A stretch of DNA of 32,248 nucleotides from a virus (taxonomy: Duplodnaviria > Caudoviricetes). The stretch lies in IMG/VR virus record IMGVR_UViG_3300016675_000190, positions 1 to 32,248 of that record. One strand, given 5' to 3'. Shown here in pieces: positions 27,301-32,248 of the stretch. Both the position numbers and the translations under genes were made by a program. The notes below the pieces were generated by a model, which searched no databases, was not told the origin of the DNA, and saw nothing but the letters and a program-made list of their open reading frames with translations. Numbering within the stretch: position 1 is the stretch's first letter; each line of letters opens with the position of its first letter.

Positions 27301-30300
27301 TTGGTCAAGGTGATGCAAGATCCTGAGTTGAGCATTGAGGCAGGTCCTGCAATCAAAGCATTTCTCAAGTCTGCTGACCCTAAGAGCAAGGGCTCTCTTG
27401 AAAGCCTACTGATCCGTAAGTTGAGCGATGCCAAGTTGGCCGCTTATACGGCTGATCGAATTCGCCTGGAAGCTCTTAGCCAAATGCAGGCTATTGACCA
27501 GTACGCTTTGGAAGGTGGTGAGTACCGAGTTAAGGGAAGCGATCGTCAAAAAGCCAAAGAAAAGCTGGATGCTTTGAGCATGGAGTTGCCTGCGGATTTG
27601 ATTCAGGAAATCAATTCTTTGGGTTCGGTGTTGTCAGCTACCCCTGTCCGTAAACAGGAACAGACTACCAAGATCGAAGAAGACACTAACCCAGATGTGC
27701 AGGCTGTGCTTGGGCTGCCCAATGCCCAGGCCATGCGTCTGATGAAGGTGTTGACTGGCCTGGATAGCACTCCTGGTGAGTTCAAAACTCAAATGGATCT
27801 TCTCTTGGCTTCTATGTCTGGTTCGGGAATGTCGCTTACTCAAGTGGTCAATGACAACCTGAACACTGCTCAAGCCGCAGCATTGGTACAGTTCCTTGGT
27901 GCTCACAAGAAGGCCGGTATCAACACACCTTTTGGTGATGTTGGTACTCCTTTGGTGGCTCCTTCTCAAGAGTTGACCAAGTTTTTTGAAGCCAATCCAG
28001 AGACGGATGGCAAGACGATGCTCAAAGAAATGGCTCGTCAATTGGCAGCGCGTTCAGACAACAAGACGGCTCAGTACTACCGGAAGATGTTGGCTATGTT
28101 GAACAAGGTCATTGGTGATGATGTGCGGGTGGTCTATGTGACGCCTGAGATGAATCCTGATGCTGTCATGACCAAACCTGCAACGGCTTCTCGTGGTTGG
28201 TACGTTCCTGCTGATGGTACGGTTTACGTCCTGAGCCCTGATTTTGTTCAGTCTGGTTTGACTTCAGAGCTGCTCATCCATGAGCTTACCCATGCTGCTT
28301 TGGTAGATATCATCGCCAATCCTGTGACCAAGACACAGCGTGAGCTGGTTGCAGAACTGAACGATCTGATGGAGCAGGCCAAGACCTACATGGAAGACCA
28401 TGCGATCACTGATCCGACCATGATGGCTGCTGTCAGTGATGTTCAAGAGTTTGTGGCTTGGGGCATGTCTAACCGAGCATTCCAAAGCCGAGTCCTTGGC
28501 AAGATGCAAGTTCCCAATCGACTGGGCAAGCTGACCACTGCATTGCAGGAGTTCATCAACAAGCTGGTGGGCCTCTTGGTGGGTCAACGTGTGGACGAGT
28601 CCATGGAAATGGTGGATGGGGTGACTGCTTTGATTGCCAATGTCACTCAGCTTTTCCAAGAAGTGTCTAACGGCCAGGAGCAAAAGGCGAAGGAGCAAGC
28701 CAACAAGATCAACCAGACTTTCAGCATGGCTTCCCCTCAGCCTCAGCAAGCTGCGATTGATATGACCACACAACAGGTTTTTGATGCCTTGGATAGTGTG
28801 ACCAACACACCTCAGTTCATTGAGAGGATGGAAACACTTCTGAATGACTTGGTGGTCAAGCTGCATGGTCCTTTTGGTGCCATCAAGACTGCTGTGCAAC
28901 AAGGCACTCAACAAACAGCACAGGATGCCTGGTTGGCTTCTGTGTTGTCCGGTGCTCGTCCTTTTGCATCCAAGGTGTTGAATGCAGGTCTGGCTTTCTC
29001 TCAGAAAGAGGCCTTTGTGACTGAGCAGTTGGAAGCAGTTCTGACGACTGCTACTGCTGAAATGTCCACGGCTTCTCACCCTGTCTACCGTGAGTTGGAA
29101 AAGGTTTACACACAGGCCCGTGATGTGTTGAAGGGCAAGATTGACCAGGACCTTTACAAGTTCCTGTTCTATCCGCAAGCAGGTATGGGTAGCAAGTCGA
29201 ACTACATCGCTCGATTTGCTGCTTTGGCTCTGGGCCACGAAGACTTCAACAAAGCCTTGGCTTTCGAGACTCGTAAGCCTGAGCTGTCTTACAAAGGTAA
29301 GACGTTCATGGAACGTCTGGAGATGACTTGGCGTGCTTTGATGGACTGGCTGGGTTCTCGCCTGACCAATACGTTCATGGGCCAACAAGCCAACTCAAAG
29401 ACTCTGGAGCTGGTCAAGCAACTGGTTGAAATTGAACTTCGTGCCAAGGGGCAGGTGAGCAAGAAGTCTATGTTTGACTTCCTGGAGCCTTTGGAAGAAC
29501 GAGCAGCTGAATTGCTGCAAGAAGGTAAAGCCAAGGTTGGTAAAGCTGCTGAAAGTCGTTTCGTGAAGACGAATCGCTTTGTCCTGGTTCGTGCTGCTGG
29601 TGCAGTGGTTTCGATCACTGCGAATGATCGTGTAGAAAAGGTTGTTGAAGGTATTCAACAGATGCGTGACAAAGTGAACGACGCCAGCAACGGTACGTTG
29701 ATGGGTACGGTCAACTACATCAAGGGTGTTGGTCAGTGGCTGAACACTCTGATGCTGTCAGGCAAGCAGGTAGAGAAAGAGCGTAAAGCCATCATCACTG
29801 ACACGGCTAACGCTGTTTTGGCTGCTTTCCAAGATGATGGTGCGTCTTTGAGTGCCGAGCAAAAACAAGGAATCTCTGCTACGTTCTTGCGTACTGGTAT
29901 GCATAACCTGCTGGACAAGTACGACATGACTGGTATTCAGTCTTTGCTTGACGATTCGGTGGCCTTGGAAGCTGCAATTAAGGAAGAGACTGCTTTGTTG
30001 ACGGCCTACCCGGAGATGCACTACTACGTTAATCAGGCCCATGGTCTTGGTTTCTATCGTGCAACTGAACAGGTAGCTCAAGCCAATCAGATGCTCAATG
30101 CACACAACATTTCTCGTTTGTATGGGACCGGTCGCTCTGTGCCTACACATGCAGACCAAGCAAAGGAAGTGATTGAGCGTCTGGTGACTTTGTATGGTTT
30201 GAGGTACACAGATCCCAAGAACCTGAATGCTGCTCGTGAAGTGCTGCGAAGCGAAAATCAACGAGGCCTTGAGAACGGTGTGAAGATGACTTTGCTTATG

Positions 30301-32211
30301 CACAAGCACTTGGAAGCAGATGCCAAAGACAGGTTGTTCCGTGAAAGCCCTGCTTTGATGATGCATGGTTACACGCCTGAGATCCTCAACCCTAAGACAA
30401 CTTTCCAAGTGTCTTCTGACCCAGCGGAATGGAATTCCTTGCTGGAACAGGGCTATGAGTTTGTCGGCAACGTCAGCCGTGACTTGGCTGATCCTGATTC
30501 TGCTAAACCCAAGATGTTTATTCTTCGTGGTGGTGGATTGGGTCGGTACCAATCGGCTGCTGTGTCCTTGACCAGCATGGGTGCTAAAGGAGACTCAAAG
30601 CACAACAACTACTACAACCCCAACGACAGCATTGGCGTAGCCAACATGCAAAGCATGTCGCTGATTGCAAGCAGCCATCAAAGCCAAGTGGCTCAGCAGT
30701 TTGGTTCCAGTAACAACTTTGATCCTGTTGCTGAACGCAAGCGAAACAACTTCCTGTTGCCTTTGATGAATGAACAAGGTCAAGTGGTTGACTACCGGTA
30801 TGTCATGTCTGCCAAAAACAAGGACACCTTGTTGGATCGTGACAATCGCTTTGAGCACATCTTGGGTGTGATGGCAGGCAGTACCTATGACAAGCTGGCC
30901 AGTCGTGAGCAGAACCGTAAGGTGCTGGAAGCTCTGAAGGAGCACTACTCAGCTGAGTTCGGTAGCAACCCTACTGGGTTTGTTCGCATTGCTCACAACA
31001 GCAACGATGCTCGACTGCGTGAAATCTGGGCCATGCTGCCTGACCAGACTCAACGTGACGCCAAAGATATTTGGGGCAAGTCTGGTATCTGGATTCCTAA
31101 GAACATGGTGGACACCGTGTTCGGTTATCGGAAAGCCAGCTTGGCTGATGCTTGGGAAAAAACCAATCCGAATGCGGTTGAGAAGCTGATGATCAACACA
31201 GTGACGGATCTGCTTCGTGTGTACGGGAAGATGAGTAAGGGGATGGACTCGGCTCAAGCTGCTCAGTACAGCAAGCGGGGTGCTGTAGTTGTGCGTCGGG
31301 CTGAGGCTGCATGGCAAGAAATCGTTCATGAGGTGAAGGACTTTATCGTGGTGAAGACTGGCACGGTGCTCTTGGGCAACGTGTTGTCTAACCTTGGCTT
31401 GCTTGCCATGAAGGGGGTACCAGTGCTGGATGGACTGAAGTACCAGAAGGTCGCGTTGAAGGCTGCGATGGACTATGAACGAGATCGACATGCTCTGGCT
31501 CAACTCAAGGCTTTGGAAGAGACTGGCTATCGCAGTCAAAGCATGGCTGAAGTACAAGCTGAAATCGTTCGATTGGAAGATGCGTTGGCGCGTAACCCAG
31601 TGTCTGAGCTGATCAACTACGGCCTCATGCCAACCATTGTTGAAGACATTACGATGGAGGGCAACCCGTATTCATACAAGAGCCAGTTGACACATTGGGC
31701 TGATGAAAAGACGGCTCGTGTGAACAAGCATGTCTTGAATGTGGGTCGGTTTGTTTACATGGCTCACGACACTCCTTTGTACAAGTTCCTGAGCAAGACT
31801 ACTCAGTACTCTGACTTTGTGGCTCGTTACGCCATGTACATGCACCTCACCACTCGCAAGGACAATCCTTTGAGCAAGGCTGATGCGGTGTACGAGGCTT
31901 CTGAGTCGTTCGTGAACTACGATGTGCCTCTGCCCAAGTACATTCAGTACATGGATGACATGGGTTTGATGCCGTTCATCAAGTACTTCTTGAGCATTCA
32001 GCGGGTTTTGGCAAAGACGTTCAAGGACAACCCACTGCGTGTGTTGAGTGTTTTGGCTTTGAACAATCTGATGGGCAATCTGCCGATGCCAACTGATAGT
32101 TCTTTCTTCCTTCGGATTGGTAGCAATCCTTTGGACACCGGTGCCTTTGGCTTGCCGTCAGCATTGGGTGAAGCTATGACAGTACAAACTGGAATGTCGT
32201 TGATCAAGTAA
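21301..32211 (+). CDS. virion-encapsidated RNA polymerase (N4 gp50-like vRNAP), 3636 aa
   Basis: motif A EVDGVTNGP (D1599), motif B RDIVKKPITALMFGS (R1694/K1698/F1706), motif C NIHDA (D1957), NPQTSK..R, DQYA; HExxH zincin motif at about 2327; no Cys found on reading the translation. Confidence 0.95.
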   Translation: MTQNTNLAKLQSLAASQNGNTGVADLLALRRQQIASDLEGLKQVHADNVRYQKANEDSWVNKLGMTPGTVQADTVNALASLGSGVARLAGTATAAIPLAGSLYDSSVLNDKHYEAYQRFQQGNATEQDMELLNSTTPGMNKVFANQTVRETIDRAANRRELTRDILDAFDASSIVQSDNRDQLVSDAKEAFAQPWEQAKKGWKGIQDGSSGAKNLESWGDLAAGAGKLVAGGVKALVTNPAGTGEFIAENLPQVGVGALGAAGKAALLASNAGYAGDAYVEGIENFQKANDGAMPSDEQRQEMGAWAASTFVAEQVADAKLLKSVMGADVAEAAKDGFKKALVAASREMAKDMGLEAATEGYQTVAEGKAKLQEASAEDVYVASVIGAGAGGGISGLGSSGALASTAGEAIKSKYNKLADEAENEAPAVPKSAAFDRAVAERNPDLITEGKSSGTPDEALAVVHRLATDGKATPEERTALQSKAKSLVEAIANETAALRASTSQGRQAIANELAEIEAQLSQMPANAPERANQEQLAELLREELAQAAPDEAKQQAIDAQLKKAEQRLANAEQLYAAVLEEGSKKEEFEATFNKANAVLDGLDDVAVEQSRQAAKQVVVLSMASPQNLPAKQARELVSNRSNALTDTERDYLAAYADATEAIEALEGIKQVNKEVLYGDKAKDQMGMVQYRERIGQALSSGNVTQAIRSLQGLVKFAQGHRLKANAMAQAFEQFQQSGRPMQVVRTDAGWQVSPLTMSKDEMKALGKGNAYDIGKNSQRLVEVTVKEAEAIELTKKALQAAFSLPTSEQTQSQKPQQATSPAPQQAIEPEQVSAPQPEAQQEQAAPESPPQPQPKQKVKAKTKTKAPETLEKTLERAEKAYRRVARNNPASLYSALKNRLGDSDLNEIYGPDWKKRFTSLKGKNSKALGDLIEDGSLDAFLPANLQFGNGIASGLDAMSEARELIVDRLRERNYLTQDTINQLAQMDVEIQRLEEALANQSTESLQDELDRTIEELESIPTTDTANDAGTSDGADPVVASEAETGSVDSTVAEEVGTGKLTALADEANPVSKLIKQGEGSDDVASKRPLVAVKDFLSSWLEGKVSPAQFLKDGLTEEQKTALRSFAKNAKKWAPVIQGLLARNQDQKYSYQSPVEYLMAETDGKLDLDENVKTAMSMAMMTWLADAVSRNLVNNDEAINAILGRASDDFVNDREWAALAYIGVRRAAVADSLGQKIVSALGIKATKDASLDFIPKLEASLGAYALEALIEAGLVKTEVISGEAFKQLTGSKDTDTNASHIFIKVAQERKGQVSPEVRAIVDSLKGSKNVIEKLFGVEASYKAPSFEPVPFTQTKAKDSRKKVPSYLAKILEKKNKEQNFVAQDIFRLVASMAEDLVMEMAGGTARVEEDLHISRRKAAEAKNDGLRREISNFINFVADGVAPSEQGLNTPFYFEHNVWKNQRVGITNNLVNPQTSKVHRYMIYRPSWETEVDPSNTQQMNNFKLRVLEGLGVKTDKKANAKSLAEWKSKTENEVIAQGVAAIQASLNGQELTQEQQIAVRNAVAEGGEKFHSLSSLVALAHWKNANGGKFTVRLTGEVDGVTNGPMLSHVFLGAAATVGELFGLVNKGGFFQAGSPFNNYNIFRGSDGAMDLYESVAEMMINDVKALKNPNLDALWTFTGELGTEDNKVSKAGRDIVKKPITALMFGSSLNKVVEGMSESFLESVYKTIEKVAQGKEDKDKVLASLKVVLGRQAWPEKMTVEQMMNTDFTEQQQAQIKSFFAAQLGDTVKQVMQTKFAVFLERRDSLNKTANFAFGLYDSVYQSLRNGYIDFLKESGAIEVDGAGKPIRDLTQEQQAKLDKLTQRLEPIMSTVMSLRSKELGAAISMVNTERKLSDDPLYRATVRFNRAKNKSSKYSAQALKLSGPGVAMVPFATHSGDSGVSHEAVEKTEALNIHDAHVAGMGIFVDVARNLNEATWNTLLEYSPATEVYNSLERTIRGLVKVMQDPELSIEAGPAIKAFLKSADPKSKGSLESLLIRKLSDAKLAAYTADRIRLEALSQMQAIDQYALEGGEYRVKGSDRQKAKEKLDALSMELPADLIQEINSLGSVLSATPVRKQEQTTKIEEDTNPDVQAVLGLPNAQAMRLMKVLTGLDSTPGEFKTQMDLLLASMSGSGMSLTQVVNDNLNTAQAAALVQFLGAHKKAGINTPFGDVGTPLVAPSQELTKFFEANPETDGKTMLKEMARQLAARSDNKTAQYYRKMLAMLNKVIGDDVRVVYVTPEMNPDAVMTKPATASRGWYVPADGTVYVLSPDFVQSGLTSELLIHELTHAALVDIIANPVTKTQRELVAELNDLMEQAKTYMEDHAITDPTMMAAVSDVQEFVAWGMSNRAFQSRVLGKMQVPNRLGKLTTALQEFINKLVGLLVGQRVDESMEMVDGVTALIANVTQLFQEVSNGQEQKAKEQANKINQTFSMASPQPQQAAIDMTTQQVFDALDSVTNTPQFIERMETLLNDLVVKLHGPFGAIKTAVQQGTQQTAQDAWLASVLSGARPFASKVLNAGLAFSQKEAFVTEQLEAVLTTATAEMSTASHPVYRELEKVYTQARDVLKGKIDQDLYKFLFYPQAGMGSKSNYIARFAALALGHEDFNKALAFETRKPELSYKGKTFMERLEMTWRALMDWLGSRLTNTFMGQQANSKTLELVKQLVEIELRAKGQVSKKSMFDFLEPLEERAAELLQEGKAKVGKAAESRFVKTNRFVLVRAAGAVVSITANDRVEKVVEGIQQMRDKVNDASNGTLMGTVNYIKGVGQWLNTLMLSGKQVEKERKAIITDTANAVLAAFQDDGASLSAEQKQGISATFLRTGMHNLLDKYDMTGIQSLLDDSVALEAAIKEETALLTAYPEMHYYVNQAHGLGFYRATEQVAQANQMLNAHNISRLYGTGRSVPTHADQAKEVIERLVTLYGLRYTDPKNLNAAREVLRSENQRGLENGVKMTLLMHKHLEADAKDRLFRESPALMMHGYTPEILNPKTTFQVSSDPAEWNSLLEQGYEFVGNVSRDLADPDSAKPKMFILRGGGLGRYQSAAVSLTSMGAKGDSKHNNYYNPNDSIGVANMQSMSLIASSHQSQVAQQFGSSNNFDPVAERKRNNFLLPLMNEQGQVVDYRYVMSAKNKDTLLDRDNRFEHILGVMAGSTYDKLASREQNRKVLEALKEHYSAEFGSNPTGFVRIAHNSNDARLREIWAMLPDQTQRDAKDIWGKSGIWIPKNMVDTVFGYRKASLADAWEKTNPNAVEKLMINTVTDLLRVYGKMSKGMDSAQAAQYSKRGAVVVRRAEAAWQEIVHEVKDFIVVKTGTVLLGNVLSNLGLLAMKGVPVLDGLKYQKVALKAAMDYERDRHALAQLKALEETGYRSQSMAEVQAEIVRLEDALARNPVSELINYGLMPTIVEDITMEGNPYSYKSQLTHWADEKTARVNKHVLNVGRFVYMAHDTPLYKFLSKTTQYSDFVARYAMYMHLTTRKDNPLSKADAVYEASESFVNYDVPLPKYIQYMDDMGLMPFIKYFLSIQRVLAKTFKDNPLRVLSVLALNNLMGNLPMPTDSSFFLRIGSNPLDTGAFGLPSALGEAMTVQTGMSLIK

Positions 32212-32212
32212 G

Positions 32213-32245
32213 AAAAGAAAGGACTCCTTCGGGAGTCCTTTGTTT
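32213..32245. terminator. intrinsic (likely bidirectional) terminator with UUCG loop
   Basis: AAAAGAAAGGACTCC-TTCG-GGAGTCCTTTGTTT immediately after vRNAP stop. Confidence 0.88.
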
Positions 32246-32248
32246 ACC

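Noticed and set aside
1-32248. tRNA, rRNA, integrase, IS element, intron or intein
   Set aside because: None recognised; terminase, portal and capsid frames are uninterrupted and of expected size

Overview
Segment of an N4-like podophage genome (Schitoviridae), shown in the reverse of the usual N4 orientation and apparently spanning the join of the two genome ends. 1-2160 holds small early genes on the minus strand, each unit preceded by a ssDNA-hairpin promoter for the virion RNA polymerase (five good copies plus one degenerate copy of C-N4-CAT-NNNC-GGA-GNNN) and two units closed by UUCG terminators. From 2346 the late block runs on the plus strand: gp69-like putative small terminase, three small inserted genes that look like an anti-defence nucleotide-sponge cluster (unknown domain, Tad2/DUF2829 fusion, Gp49/Acb4-like), large terminase and gp67-like adaptor. 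An inverted cassette follows (dUTPase, SGNH-esterase tailspike, beta-helix tailspike with a shared N-terminal module), then portal, gp58, gp57, major capsid, gp55, gp54, gp53, gp52, gp51 and a 3636-aa cysteine-free vRNAP. Most notable: the sponge-like cluster, a promoter geometry apparently shifted 2 nt relative to N4, and a natural Tyr-to-Phe change in vRNAP motif B. Family assignments come from recalled motifs and synteny, not database searches.
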